A stretch of 32,000 bases of DNA, taken from NCBI RefSeq assembly GCF_002075285.3, contig NZ_CP021983.2, positions 60,001 to 92,000 on the forward strand, in the 5' to 3' direction. The position numbers were made by a program, and so were the translations under genes. The notes under the pieces were generated by a model. That model saw only the letters and a list, made by a program, of their open reading frames with translations. It did not search any database and had not been told where the DNA came from. This document shows, one piece after another, positions 1-9,601 of the stretch; position 1 is the first letter of the stretch; each line of letters starts with the position of its first letter. The DNA is from Halomicronema hongdechloris C2206. GTDB taxonomy: Bacteria > Cyanobacteriota > Cyanobacteriia > Phormidesmidales > Phormidesmidaceae.

Positions 1-496
1 GAAGGGCAGCATCATAGTCCTGCATATCCCGTAGGGTAATGCCATAGTTAATCCGGGCTCGTACATTGTAGGGATTGAGATTCACTGCTTGATCGTAATC
101 TGCGAGGGCCTGATGCCATTGGCGCCGAGCTGCATAACAGTTTCCCCGATTGTTATAGGCCTGATCTAGGCGGGGATTTAGTCGAATTGCCTGGCTATAA
201 TCAGCCAAGGCTCGAGCCAGTTGTCCCTGCCAGAAATACACCAACCCTCGATTGCTATAGTGCCGGCCATTGTCAGGGTCCCGATGAATAACACAGGTTA
301 GCAGAGTTAATGCTCGACTGTAGAGCCGATGCCGAACCGCCTTTAACGCCCTCTGACTCAGCCCGTCTAAGTGGTCATCAGTTCCCGCTATAGTCAGCCC
401 CATCGGCGAAATCAGCGAAGAAGACCGACGCTGAGAGATAGTTGCGGCTGATTGCCCATGTAATGGACAAGATGGCCAAGCATTGCGACGTTTCAT
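1..496 (-). CDS. TPR repeat protein, N-terminal part (the gene runs off the window start)
   Basis: This ORF is not in the ORF track because it is cut by the window edge. My reverse-complement translation from the ATG at 494-496 reads MKRRNAWPSCPLHGQ...HYSNRGLVYFWQGQLARALADYSQAIRLNPRLDQAYNNRGNCYAARRQWHQALADYDQAVNLNPYNVRARINYGITLRDMQDYDAAL with no stop before position 1. It shows a repeated 34-residue A..Y..AI.L.P pattern typical of TPR. Confidence 0.6.
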   Translation of the reverse strand, partial: MKRRNAWPSCPLHGQSAATISQRRSSSLISPMGLTIAGTDDHLDGLSQRALKAVRHRLYSRALTLLTCVIHRDPDNGRHYSNRGLVYFWQGQLARALADYSQAIRLNPRLDQAYNNRGNCYAARRQWHQALADYDQAVNLNPYNVRARINYGITLRDMQDYDAAL

Positions 497-942
497 AGAC
501 GTTACTCCATCCATCGGGAGATGCTCATAGTATTCCAGCTGATCAAGCTAAGCTGGGATGCACTTAGACCACTTATTCAGTTGTCCGAATCGATATGAAG
601 CGATAGGGGCAGCGATTGAGCGTAATTACCTAGATATTCCCATGGAATCAGGGGACGCTAAACCGAAAAAAGACGGAGATTTAGCCAGTCAGATGGCATC
701 TGTGAAGATAGGTCTCAGGATTTTTCCGTAGTCTCCCGGAGGCATCGCCTCTAATCCCGATGGCGTCGTTTGCTTCCTGGAGCAAAGCTTTAAATTTCTT
801 AGTCCTAGTTGTGTACTTTTTCCTAGATTGTGACAGATCTCAGCCGCAGCCCTAGGGGCCTTGGAGGAGTGAGGTAGAATCCTGGTGGTTGGAAGATAGC
901 TATGGCTGGTTCAACCTTTGCAGCTCATCATTTACACGCCCT

Positions 943-1404
943 ATGACCACTGCTGTGCTACCCAATGCCCCTGATCTCGCAGCAAATGATTATCTTGTCT
1001 TAGGTTTGGCTACGTGCTTCCTGCGGGGAGACGATGGCATCGAAGCCATCACAGTAGTTGAGCCCGTCCCCTCCGCTTATCTAGAGGCAGTTTTCAAGGG
1101 AGTGCCGACCTCTTACAAGAGTCTCCATGCAGTTGAGCTGGGTAGTGTTGTTCAGGAAGAGCCCCTTTCCTTACCAAGCTTTGCAGAGTCAGATGCCCAG
1201 CTGGGGAGCAATTTCGTTGAACGCTGTATTGCGGCTGCTCGTACCTACAAGCACCGAGAGGTTGCTAAGGAGTTTATCCCGTTAGGCAACTCTCGTAGCG
1301 ATATCAATTATTCGACCGAGAAAAAGCGCATCTTAAACCAGGAGCATATCGTCACACCAGCAGACAACGTCAAACAGCATGAACATACCCACAAGGTACT
1401 GTAG
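943..1404 (+). CDS. hypothetical protein, no family recognised
   Basis: The track ORF 889-1404 begins at a TTG. The first in-frame ATG is at 943 (MTTAVLPNAPDL...). It is non-overlapping, has ordinary amino-acid composition, and a TAGAAT box at 875-880 would leave a short leader. I could not assign a function. Confidence 0.5.
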   Translation: MTTAVLPNAPDLAANDYLVLGLATCFLRGDDGIEAITVVEPVPSAYLEAVFKGVPTSYKSLHAVELGSVVQEEPLSLPSFAESDAQLGSNFVERCIAAARTYKHREVAKEFIPLGNSRSDINYSTEKKRILNQEHIVTPADNVKQHEHTHKVL

Positions 1405-1533
1405 TCAGGGCGGATAATGACTGCTGAGATGCCGACTTCTGCCAAAATCCTGTGCGGCTATTCTTTGAGGCGATGCCATCTCCCATATAGACAAGGTTAT
1501 AGGTAGGGTTCGCCAGTCAGCTCAGAACCTGGC

Positions 1534-1556
1534 AAAAAAAGCACCCATGCGGGTGC
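1534..1556 (-). terminator. rho-independent terminator downstream of psbK
   Basis: The minus strand reads GCACCC-GCAT-GGGTGC followed by TTTTTTT. On the plus strand the stem is 1541-1546/1551-1556 and the A-run is 1534-1540. It starts about 33 nt after the psbK stop. Confidence 0.7.
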
Positions 1557-1589
1557 TTAAAGAGGCATTAAGTCTGGGGTTTCGTAGGG

Positions 1590-1727
1590 TTAGCGGAACC
1601 CCACGGCGGCCTGCCAAACAAAGGCGAGCAAGAGAAAGAAGACTGGAATCACTGGCAGAACATCTACCAGCGGATCAAAGAGAGAATAAGCCTCGGGCAG
1701 TTTGGCTAACAGCAGGACTGCATCCAT
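1590..1727 (-). CDS. psbK: photosystem II reaction centre protein K (precursor)
   Basis: The internal ATG of track ORF 1590-1775 gives [45 protein letters not shown] (45 aa). This is near-identical to the canonical cyanobacterial PsbK sequence ([32 protein letters not shown]). Confidence 0.9.
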   Translation of the reverse strand: MDAVLLLAKLPEAYSLFDPLVDVLPVIPVFFLLLAFVWQAAVGFR

Positions 1728-1847
1728 GGGTAACTCCACCTCTCTAACACAAGTATTTTCATAATTTTCGCACATCTTAACACGATTTCGATCATCTACC
1801 GAGAGAGACTGAGCAACTGGTCGAGTTGCCCCTTGCCTAGTAGGCAG

Positions 1848-2969
1848 TTACTGGGCTGTTGGCTCTGATCGCAGCCAGGCTGCAAAGTCAGCCACAAAGG
1901 TATTGGCGAGAATCGACTCTCGAATTCGCTGGGTAAATCGCACCAGTTCCGTGATGTTGTGGATAGAGAGTAGGGTGAAGGCCAGTAACTCCTGGGCATG
2001 GATAAGGTGGCAGAGGTAGGCTCGGCTAAAGTAACGGCAGGTGTAGCAAGGACAGGCATCGTCGAGAGCGGCATGGTCTCGCCGAAAACGGGCGTTCTTT
2101 AGGTTCCAGCGTTCACCGGCAACAAGGGCGCTGCCATGGCGGGCTAAGCGGGTGGGAATCACGCAGTCGAATAGGTCAATGCCTGCGGCAATGGCTTGGG
2201 CCATTTCTCGATAGGTGCCTACCCCCATTAGGTAACGAGGCTTATCTGCCGGGAGCAGAGGGGTTGTCACCTGTACGATCTTGGCAATAAGGTCAGGGGG
2301 CTCCCCCACACTGACACCGCCAATAGCGTATCCAGGTAAATTAAACTCGCTTAGGGCTGCCGCTGCCTGTTGGCGTAAGTCTAGATAGATTCCTCCCTGC
2401 ACAATGCCAAACAGAGCTTGGTCAGGCCGCTGGTTGGCCTCAACACAGCGCTGCAGCCAGCGATGGGTGCGGTGAGTGGCAGCAGCCGTTACTTCGTAGG
2501 CAGACGGATAGGGAAGGCATTCATCGAAGGCCATGATCACATCTGCCCCCAAACGATTCTGAATCTGAATTGAGGTTTCTGGGGTTAATTGAATCATTCG
2601 ACCATCGCGAGGGGATTGAAAAGTCACTCCCGTTTCTGTAATGGTGCGAATTTGACTGAGGCTGAATACCTGAAAGCCTCCAGAGTCAGTTAGGATTGGC
2701 CCATCCCAAGCCATAAACCGATGCAGGCCACCAGCCTCCGCTACGATGTCTTCGCCAGGCTGTAAATGGAGATGGTAGGTGTTGGCCAGCACCATCTCTG
2801 CCCCGGTCATTTTCAACTGGGCTGGGGTCACTGTCTTAATGTTGGCCAAAGTACCTACCGGCATGAATCGAGGAGTTTTAACGGGACCGTGAGGAGTCGT
2901 GAAGATCCCGGCCCGAGCTCTGGTATGGCTGCACTGAGCCTGACAACAGAAGGAAAAAGGAGATGTCAA
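1848..2969 (-). CDS. tgt: queuine tRNA-ribosyltransferase
   Basis: 373 aa. Contains [23 protein letters not shown] and the zinc motif CPCYTC...YLCHL. The start is a TTG, and there is no nearby in-frame ATG upstream of the conserved N-terminus. Confidence 0.93.
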   Translation of the reverse strand: MTSPFSFCCQAQCSHTRARAGIFTTPHGPVKTPRFMPVGTLANIKTVTPAQLKMTGAEMVLANTYHLHLQPGEDIVAEAGGLHRFMAWDGPILTDSGGFQVFSLSQIRTITETGVTFQSPRDGRMIQLTPETSIQIQNRLGADVIMAFDECLPYPSAYEVTAAATHRTHRWLQRCVEANQRPDQALFGIVQGGIYLDLRQQAAAALSEFNLPGYAIGGVSVGEPPDLIAKIVQVTTPLLPADKPRYLMGVGTYREMAQAIAAGIDLFDCVIPTRLARHGSALVAGERWNLKNARFRRDHAALDDACPCYTCRYFSRAYLCHLIHAQELLAFTLLSIHNITELVRFTQRIRESILANTFVADFAAWLRSEPTAQ

Positions 2970-3201
2970 CGGCTAAACCTGGAAAACTGGCGACAGGCAG
3001 CTATATGCAGCCATAGAGACTCTAAGATATCGCATTTACCAGTGTTTTTAGAATCCGGTTCTTTTACAATCTGGCCTCGTTGTCTATTAGGTGTATTGAG
3101 AGGGCCAGAGTCCCTGTAGAGATTCTTTTTGTAAGGTTTGGTTATTCTTTTGAAATCTTTTGGTGTGATGTGACGGCGTCTTAGCCGTCTATTTGGCTAG
3201 A

Positions 3202-3657
3202 TTAGTCAGGATATTGGCCATCGTCATCAAGGCAAGCATCCCAGCTGGCTGATAGAGCTTCCGTTAGCATTGCTTCTAGGGTAGCGGCGTTGAAGTTTTC
3301 TCGAGTTTGGTCTTGAAGTGGGTTAGAGAGCGGAATTAACCGGAGACAGCGGTTGTCCTGTACTAAGTCGAAGTAGGCTCGGGAATCGTTTAAATCCCCC
3401 ATCTCAAGATAGTCGAAGCTATGGACGTTGAGGTAAAGGGTACGATTAGCCACGAGGGTGGATTGTTGACCATCGGCGAAGACGTCTAACACATAGCCTT
3501 CGCCCTCGCGTATGAATTGGCCATCTTGGCTGTAGCGATAATGTACTTGGCCTAAATCTCTAAGTAGCCGCATCATGTCGGCTTTGTTGACGACCACCCC
3601 GGTATCTACCAAGCAGGGAGCTGGAAAGCTCAAATTGCCCATGCGCTTTTCATTCAT
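3202..3657 (-). CDS. hypothetical protein, no family recognised
   Basis: The track ORF 3202-3666 starts at a TTG. The first ATG is at 3657 (MNEKRMGNLSF...). It is non-overlapping, of normal composition and has an acidic C-terminus. Confidence 0.5.
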   Translation of the reverse strand: MNEKRMGNLSFPAPCLVDTGVVVNKADMMRLLRDLGQVHYRYSQDGQFIREGEGYVLDVFADGQQSTLVANRTLYLNVHSFDYLEMGDLNDSRAYFDLVQDNRCLRLIPLSNPLQDQTRENFNAATLEAMLTEALSASWDACLDDDGQYPD

Positions 3658-3862
3658 AGCTTTCAAAACTTGGTAACGTCAGGCTGGATGACTCAGCCAA
3701 GGGACCGTATTGTCATATTAGACCTATCCCCACAATACTCGATCTCACCAGGATCGATCCGGGAAAGCTTAGGGTTTTGATCTGTGGCCCTTCCCTAGAT
3801 TGTGGCAGGCTCCGGTGGGGGCTGCACTCGGCTAAAACACGGAAGATGCTGGCTAGTTGTAA

Positions 3863-4678
3863 GTGATTGCCCTTATGCTTTCACCGCGTTCAGATCATGC
3901 CTCCTCCTCAACTCTGAGACGGCTACCGCGATGGCTGGCTAAGGGCATAGCGGCACTGGCTTTTTACACTTGTCTGCCAGTACCCGGGCACTGGAGTTTG
4001 GAGTTTACCGGGATTGCGCGTTGGGCTCCTGGAGTTGGCCTTTTCCTGGGGGGATTGGTGAGTCTTATGGAATGGGGCTTGGCTGGTCTGGGGGTGCCGA
4101 CCCTGACCCGTAGCGGTCTCTTGGTCGCAGCTTGGCTAGGGATAACAGGGGGGCTCCATTTAGATGGTGCCATGGATACGGCTGATGGCTTGGCGGTTCC
4201 GGATCCACAGCGACGATTGGCTGTGATGGCTGATAGCCGCACTGGAGCCTTTGGGGTGATGGCGGCGATAATCCTGTTGGGGCTGAAAACGGCTGCCTTG
4301 GTGGATCTAACCACGGGACAGTGGCTGGCTGTGATGGCGGCAGCTGGCTGGGGACGCTGGGGCCAGGTGGTGGCCATTGCTCGTTATCCCTATCTCAGGG
4401 AGCAAGGTAAGGGAGCCTTGCATAAGGCAGCGATCCGGCCAGCTCAGGATGTATGGCCAGGGTTACTGAGTTTATTGGGCCTGAGTTTGCTGTTTTGGGG
4501 CCTTTACCCTCAGCAGTGGTTGCTGGCGGTTGGAATAGCGCTGGGGGGAAATGCGATCGCAATTTTGACTGGGGCCTGGTTTCACCGACAGCTGGGGGGT
4601 CACACCGGCGACACCTACGGAGCCGTCGTGGAGTGGACAGAGGCTTTTGTACTTTGTCTAGCGACGATACTGCAGTAA
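3863..4678 (+). CDS. cobS: adenosylcobinamide-GDP ribazoletransferase (cobalamin synthase)
   Basis: 271-aa polytopic membrane protein with the CobS signature GGLHLDGAMDTADGL. GTG start. Confidence 0.85.
   Translation: MIALMLSPRSDHASSSTLRRLPRWLAKGIAALAFYTCLPVPGHWSLEFTGIARWAPGVGLFLGGLVSLMEWGLAGLGVPTLTRSGLLVAAWLGITGGLHLDGAMDTADGLAVPDPQRRLAVMADSRTGAFGVMAAIILLGLKTAALVDLTTGQWLAVMAAAGWGRWGQVVAIARYPYLREQGKGALHKAAIRPAQDVWPGLLSLLGLSLLFWGLYPQQWLLAVGIALGGNAIAILTGAWFHRQLGGHTGDTYGAVVEWTEAFVLCLATILQ
4553..4560. repeat. HIP1 palindrome
   Basis: perfect GCGATCGC. Confidence 0.95.
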
Positions 4679-4709
4679 TGATCAATGCTAGACACAACTG
4701 CTCGCCGGA

Positions 4710-5867
4710 CTAATTGGGGGTGATTTCAGTAACCACCCGCCCCCCATTCACAACAATGGTTTCATTGTCCAGGCGACCGACAGCACGGGGGCCTCGCAGC
4801 GTCACAGCGGGATCTCCTTGCTGGTAGAAGACATTACCGGTAGCGACAATAGTCTGGTCAGTACCATCCCAGGTCATGCGATCAGCCTTTAAGCGAGCAT
4901 CACGGGTTTGGCCAACAGCCTCTACCTGCTGTTGCAGCACAGCGACGGTGCGACGTAAATCCATGACGCCCTGTTGAGCCGTAATTGTGATCTTGTCCTC
5001 CGGTTGATAAAGGCGTAGAGGCTGATTAATCCGAATTTCTTCCTCCGATACCAGCCAGGTCATCACATCACTGCGAGCCTGCAACGGAAACTCTAGTAAT
5101 TGCAGGTTGACATCATCCCGCAAGGTGACGATGCGACGAGCCAGATCCATTTCCCCCTCCTGACCCGTGACAGTGTCCCTGACTTTTTCTTGCTCAAACT
5201 GCTCAACCGTCAAAGGTCGATCAGTGCGCAGACGCTCCTCGGCCCACAACCATTCCAGCCACTCCGTCTGTAACTTTACCCAGGGTTGCGTCTGAGGATC
5301 CTCGACCACGCTAGTGGCGACCACATTCCCGATCAACTCTATTCGTTGAGCTTGGTTATAGATGCGGGCTTCTTGGGCAGTGGCGTCTACTTGGGGATGA
5401 TCTCCCGTGATCCCATCCCGTAAAATCATCTCATCTTTGTCAGGATGCCATTCCAATTGTTGCCCCCGCAGCACCATTTTGTTATCGATGCCCCGAGCCA
5501 CAATATTTTCCTGCAAGAAAATAACTTTGCCGTTCTCGCGAATCTCACCTCGCTCCGCGGTTACCCGATAAACGACACGGCCATCTTGAAACAGTTCTCC
5601 GTCCGGATTCGTCACCTGGGCCACTTTTCGATCGGGGCCGTAGTTGACCTCATCTGCCTTCACTCGCCAGAGAATATCGCCATTCTCATCAGATTGCTCC
5701 AGGGTGACATCCTGCAGAAAGAGCTCCGAATCAATGGCTTCCGACTCAGTCCCGTTCTGACGCAATTGTCGATCTTGGCGGGTGGTCAAGACCAGCCAAA
5801 CACTCGCTGTCGCCAAAGCGATACCCAATCCAACTAGCCCAATGGCCAGTCGCCGTCCCTTGCCCAT
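4710..5867 (-). CDS. LptC-like periplasmic LPS-transport protein (long cyanobacterial form)
   Basis: It has an N-terminal membrane anchor (LAIGLVGLGIALATASVWLVL) followed by a long beta-rich region of OstA/LptC style (WRVKADEVNY...VTAERGEI...). The track start at 5882 is a TTG, and the first ATG is at 5867. The family assignment is by resemblance only. Confidence 0.5.
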   Translation of the reverse strand: MGKGRRLAIGLVGLGIALATASVWLVLTTRQDRQLRQNGTESEAIDSELFLQDVTLEQSDENGDILWRVKADEVNYGPDRKVAQVTNPDGELFQDGRVVYRVTAERGEIRENGKVIFLQENIVARGIDNKMVLRGQQLEWHPDKDEMILRDGITGDHPQVDATAQEARIYNQAQRIELIGNVVATSVVEDPQTQPWVKLQTEWLEWLWAEERLRTDRPLTVEQFEQEKVRDTVTGQEGEMDLARRIVTLRDDVNLQLLEFPLQARSDVMTWLVSEEEIRINQPLRLYQPEDKITITAQQGVMDLRRTVAVLQQQVEAVGQTRDARLKADRMTWDGTDQTIVATGNVFYQQGDPAVTLRGPRAVGRLDNETIVVNGGRVVTEITPN

Positions 5868-5931
5868 GCGCTCACCCCTCAATAGCCTGCGCCGATTCTA
5901 GCGGATTCTGACAACCCCATTGCCAAGAAGA

Positions 5932-6564
5932 TTAATGGCGTTTCTCGGCATCTTCCAGGGAGCTAATACTGGAAAGGGGACGGTAGCTATAGGCATGCTG
6001 ATGGCTACCATGGCGAGGCAGCTTTCGAATATCATCCTTGATAGTGTCTAGATCGATATAGCGGTCTGATACGTTGATCAAGTTGTCACTGGTCATCGAT
6101 CGCAGGCTGACGACTTCAATGCGAGCACCTCGATAACTAGCCGCATCAACGGCATAGGCAAGGTCTCCATCTCCACTCACCAGCACAGCCGTATCGTAGA
6201 AGCCGACTAAGGCCATCATATCAACGGCAATTTCCACATCCAGGTTGGCCTTTTTCGAACCATCAGGCAATTGAACAAGATCCTTGGCAATGACCCGGTA
6301 ACCATTGCGTCGCATCCACAATAGGAATCCTTGCTGCTTTTCGTTGGTGCGATCGACACCAGTGTAGAAAAAAGAGCGAAATAGTCGTGATCCAGCTGTT
6401 AACTTGCACAGCAGTTTGGTGTAATCAATTTCGATACCCAGTTGAAGCGCAGCGTAAAATAAGTTGGAACCATCAATGAAGATAGCAACTCGGCCTCGAT
6501 TTTCTAAAACCTGTTCAGGAGTAAAAATAGTATCCTGACTCAACACATGATCGTGATTCAACAT
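5932..6564 (-). CDS. NYN-domain protein (LabA/DUF88-like)
   Basis: VAIFIDGSNLFYAA and AVLVSGDGDLAYAV are the characteristic acidic motifs of NYN/LabA-type ribonuclease-fold proteins. Confidence 0.75.
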   Translation of the reverse strand: MLNHDHVLSQDTIFTPEQVLENRGRVAIFIDGSNLFYAALQLGIEIDYTKLLCKLTAGSRLFRSFFYTGVDRTNEKQQGFLLWMRRNGYRVIAKDLVQLPDGSKKANLDVEIAVDMMALVGFYDTAVLVSGDGDLAYAVDAASYRGARIEVVSLRSMTSDNLINVSDRYIDLDTIKDDIRKLPRHGSHQHAYSYRPLSSISSLEDAEKRH

Positions 6565-6655
6565 GTCTTATAGTATCCCAGCTTTTATCGGTTGATAATC
6601 AACGAAAAACCTCCAGAGTTGGTGGGGGTAGACCAAGGCTGGGAGGAATAGTTCT

Positions 6656-8251
6656 CTATGCATCGGGGAGCTCGATGCGCTGAAAAACTGGCTCCGGAAT
6701 GCCAAGGGGTTGTCCCATCGGCAGAACTCCCCAGCCAGCATGCTCTTCACAGGGCAATAGCTGGCCAATATCCTGTCGGTTAAAATCACCCAGCAAACCT
6801 AGCTGGGCATAAATTTTGCCACTGATCCCCGGGATCACTGGCGACAGTAGATAAGCAGCTAGACGGACAGATTCTAAAACGACATAGAGTACTTGTTCAG
6901 TTTCGACTTGTTTACCCTGCTTATATAGAAGCCAGGGGGCTCTGTCATCCAGGTATTTATTGCTCGCCCTTACTAATCCTAAGATAGCCTCACAGGCCTG
7001 ACTAAAGCTCAAGGCATTGTAGGCCGAGTGCACCGACTCGAATAACTGCTGGCTCTTAGCCCGCAGGGGATCAGCACTGAGGTCAGCACCTGCGATATCA
7101 GGTACCCTACCTTCACAGTAGCGTACCGCCATTCTCAAAGTGCGATTGAGCAAGTTGCCCAAATCATTGGCCAGGTCAGCATTGAGGACGCTGATGAAGC
7201 GCGGTTCACTGAAATCCCCGTCTTTGCCAAATTCAATTTCTTTTAAGAAGTAGTAGCGGACGGCATCAGCTCCATAGGTACTGACTAAGACAAACGGGTC
7301 TAGGGTATTCCCTAAACTCTTGCCCATCTTTTGCCCATCTTTTGTGAGGAAGCCGTGGCCAAATACTCGTCCCGGCATCGGTAGACCTGCTGACATCAGC
7401 ATGGCTGGCCAGTAAACAGCGTGGAAACGCAGAATATCCTTGCCAATCAGATGAATATCAATGGGCCACCAATGGGCTAAGGCATTTTCGAGCGTAGGGT
7501 CAGCCCCGGGCTCAAGCAGAGCCGTAACATAGCCCAGCAGAGCATCAAACCAGACATAAAGGGTGTGCTTGGGATCCGTAGGGACTGGGAATCCCCAGTC
7601 TAGATTGAGGCGAGAAATGGAAAAATCTTGTAGCCCTCGTCGGACAAAATTTAGCACTTCATTGCGACGACTCTCGGGCTGGATAAAGTCGGGTTGATTG
7701 TCGTAGAGCTCTTCTAGTTTGGCCTGGTAGCGAGATAGCCGGAAAAAGTAGTTTTGCTCATCTCGCCACTCGACTAGCTTATTGGAGTGGACAGGACAAT
7801 GCTTACCAGGTAGCAGATCTCGCTCTTCTTTGAATTCTTCACAGGACACGCAATACCATCCTTGCTGCTGTCCCAGATAGATATCTCCTTGCTGCCAGAC
7901 CCGCTCAAAGAAACTCCGCACTATGGTCTCGTGGCGTGGTGCTGTGGTGCGGCTAAAACGGTCATGGTGAATATTGAGTTGCTGCCACAGGGCTTCAAAC
8001 CCTTTAGCAATTTCATCACAATGTGCTTGAGGCGACAGTCCCCGATCCTGAGCAGTCCGCTCTATCTTTTGGCCATGTTCATCAGTTCCTGTAATCATCA
8101 GCACTTCTTTACCCAACAGGCGCTGGAAACGCGCCATCACATCAGCTGCAATGGTGGTATAAGCACTGCCAATATGGGGCAAGTCGTTGACATAGTAAAG
8201 CGGGGTTGTAATGGCGAAGGTTTGCTGACGATGACGAATGGTGGAATCCAT
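6656..8251 (-). CDS. metG: methionine--tRNA ligase
   Basis: Contains the HIGH-type motif LPHIGSAYTT and the KMSKS-type motif QKMGKSLGN. The track start at 8260 is a TTG, and the first ATG at 8251 gives MDSTIRHRQQTFAITTPLYYVND. Confidence 0.93.
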   Translation of the reverse strand: MDSTIRHRQQTFAITTPLYYVNDLPHIGSAYTTIAADVMARFQRLLGKEVLMITGTDEHGQKIERTAQDRGLSPQAHCDEIAKGFEALWQQLNIHHDRFSRTTAPRHETIVRSFFERVWQQGDIYLGQQQGWYCVSCEEFKEERDLLPGKHCPVHSNKLVEWRDEQNYFFRLSRYQAKLEELYDNQPDFIQPESRRNEVLNFVRRGLQDFSISRLNLDWGFPVPTDPKHTLYVWFDALLGYVTALLEPGADPTLENALAHWWPIDIHLIGKDILRFHAVYWPAMLMSAGLPMPGRVFGHGFLTKDGQKMGKSLGNTLDPFVLVSTYGADAVRYYFLKEIEFGKDGDFSEPRFISVLNADLANDLGNLLNRTLRMAVRYCEGRVPDIAGADLSADPLRAKSQQLFESVHSAYNALSFSQACEAILGLVRASNKYLDDRAPWLLYKQGKQVETEQVLYVVLESVRLAAYLLSPVIPGISGKIYAQLGLLGDFNRQDIGQLLPCEEHAGWGVLPMGQPLGIPEPVFQRIELPDA

Positions 8252-8809
8252 AGATGACAACTAAAGAAGTACCCCTCTCAAGGCTTTCCCAATCATAGTA
8301 CCTTAGGAATTTGAACGACTGCGGTAAGCGGCAGCTGAGGTAGAATCTTATCTCCGGCTCATCCCCAGTTTTCTGCAGAGGATTTGGCAATGTTTGCAGT
8401 TTCCGTTGGAGATGGCACCTCTGCGGCAAGGGCTTTCAACCTTTGGCGCAAGTGCTAGTGTGACGATTCTCCTTCAGCACAGATGGAGTGCAGGGAGTCA
8501 TGGGCTCACCCTTCTAGAGCAGTGGTGGCAGGGAGGCGGCAGCAAACTGCTTAGGTCTAGACCAGGCTCAATGGTTGTGCACCTCAATCAAACCGTTGCT
8601 TACCCTGTAGGTTAGAAATAAGAGATATCGGGCGTTGACTGGCATTCCTGTCTCAGCGAATGGCTCCATAGAATGCGATCTCTGGGGTCTGCCCAACTGA
8701 TCACTCGGAATCAGTGGGACTGCCGCTACACGAAGAATCGACTAGCCCCGGTGACCATTTACTTTATATTTTGTTACAAGTAAGAGGAGTACTTTAGCGG
8801 TGAGCATCC

Positions 8810-9601
8810 ATGCTGGGCGGTCTAATGGGAACGCAAACGGCTGTGGGAGCTGATTTTGGGGAACGGATGTTGAACTCCGTTGCCAGTCAGTCCATCCGTC
8901 ACCTGTTCAGTCGCAGTGAGTTGGTCGAGGTGGATATTCGCTGTTCCCCTCCCAGCAAATTGCTACAAGGGGTCGTAGACAGCTTCAAGATGAATGGCCG
9001 CGGCTTAGTGATCCGACAGCAGTTTGAAGCCCAGGAAATGATGTTTGAAACCGATGCGGTTTCCATCGATGTGGGAGCCTTGTTCGGGGGTAAGTTGCGT
9101 CTGCGGCAACCAACCCAGGCTGTGGCCCAAGTGATCCTGGCCGAGGATGCGATCAATCGGGCCTTTGAGGCTGATCTCGTGAAAGCCCGGCTCCAGCAGG
9201 TAGATCATCCGGAACTGACTCAGCTGTCGGGGGGAGAACCGGTGAGTTTCCGCAATGTTAAGGTGCAACTTCATCCTAATCAGCGCATTGCGATCGCAGC
9301 CTACACCGATCTGCCCAACATCCAAAATGTCCCCCTTCAGGTGATGACTACCTTAACCTTAGAAAAGCGTCGCCGTATCCGCTTTGCCGATCCCGAGTTT
9401 CAACCCGAGGGCATCCCTGAGGATATGCAGGGGGTATCTGAAGTATTGACCGAGGGCCTAGTGAAGGTCCTCGACAACATGGTAGACCTGGACCGCTTCA
9501 ACCTGGACGGGGTCTTGTTGCGAGTCAATCGTCTGGAGACTAAAGGTAAGCAGTTGGTCTTCAGCGGCTACGCCCAGATTGAGCATTTTCCTCGGATCTG
9601 A
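8810..9601 (+). CDS. DUF2993/LmeA-like protein
   Basis: 263 aa with an ATG start. The pattern VEVDIRCSPPSKLLQGVVDSFKMNGRGLVIRQ...ETDAVSIDVGALFGGKLRLRQPT resembles the duplicated DUF2993 module seen in cyanobacteria. The gene call is firmer than the family call. Confidence 0.55.
   Translation: MLGGLMGTQTAVGADFGERMLNSVASQSIRHLFSRSELVEVDIRCSPPSKLLQGVVDSFKMNGRGLVIRQQFEAQEMMFETDAVSIDVGALFGGKLRLRQPTQAVAQVILAEDAINRAFEADLVKARLQQVDHPELTQLSGGEPVSFRNVKVQLHPNQRIAIAAYTDLPNIQNVPLQVMTTLTLEKRRRIRFADPEFQPEGIPEDMQGVSEVLTEGLVKVLDNMVDLDRFNLDGVLLRVNRLETKGKQLVFSGYAQIEHFPRI
9290..9297. repeat. HIP1 palindrome
   Basis: perfect GCGATCGC. Confidence 0.95.

Noticed and set aside
822-836. Shared 15-mer CCTAGATTGTGRCAG at 822-836 and 3794-3808, each about 52-54 nt upstream of a plus-strand ORF start, with a 15/16 relative at 20548-20563 inside por
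   Set aside because: My rough estimate is that 14/15 matches are expected many times by chance among all position pairs in 32 kb. The third copy lies inside a coding region. Neither intergenic copy has a plausible -35 element at proper spacing from the embedded TAGATT. It is worth a genome-wide motif count but is not supportable from this window.
871-881. Shared 11-mer GAGGTAGAATC at 871-881 and 8336-8346 containing a consensus-like -10 box TAGAAT, plus another TAGAAT at 8669-8674, as promoter calls
   Set aside because: There are no acceptable -35 hexamers at 16-18 bp spacing (TTGAAC at 8311 is 24 nt away and TTGACT at 8635 is 28 nt away). An 11-mer shared once between intergenic regions is within chance expectation. 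They remain unconfirmed candidates only.
3667-3862. Cobalamin riboswitch upstream of cobS
   Set aside because: The 196-bp leader has no B12-box-like element (GCCACTG core) and no characteristic conserved junction sequence.
3964-4697. Antisense and alternative-frame ORFs inside cobS (3964-4377, 4395-4697, 4453-4713), and the similar shadow ORFs inside lptC-like, metG, ugd, uxs, the symporter, por, thiL and efp
   Set aside because: They lie entirely within well-supported conserved genes and have Arg/Pro/Ser-biased composition typical of off-frame reading of GC-rich genes.
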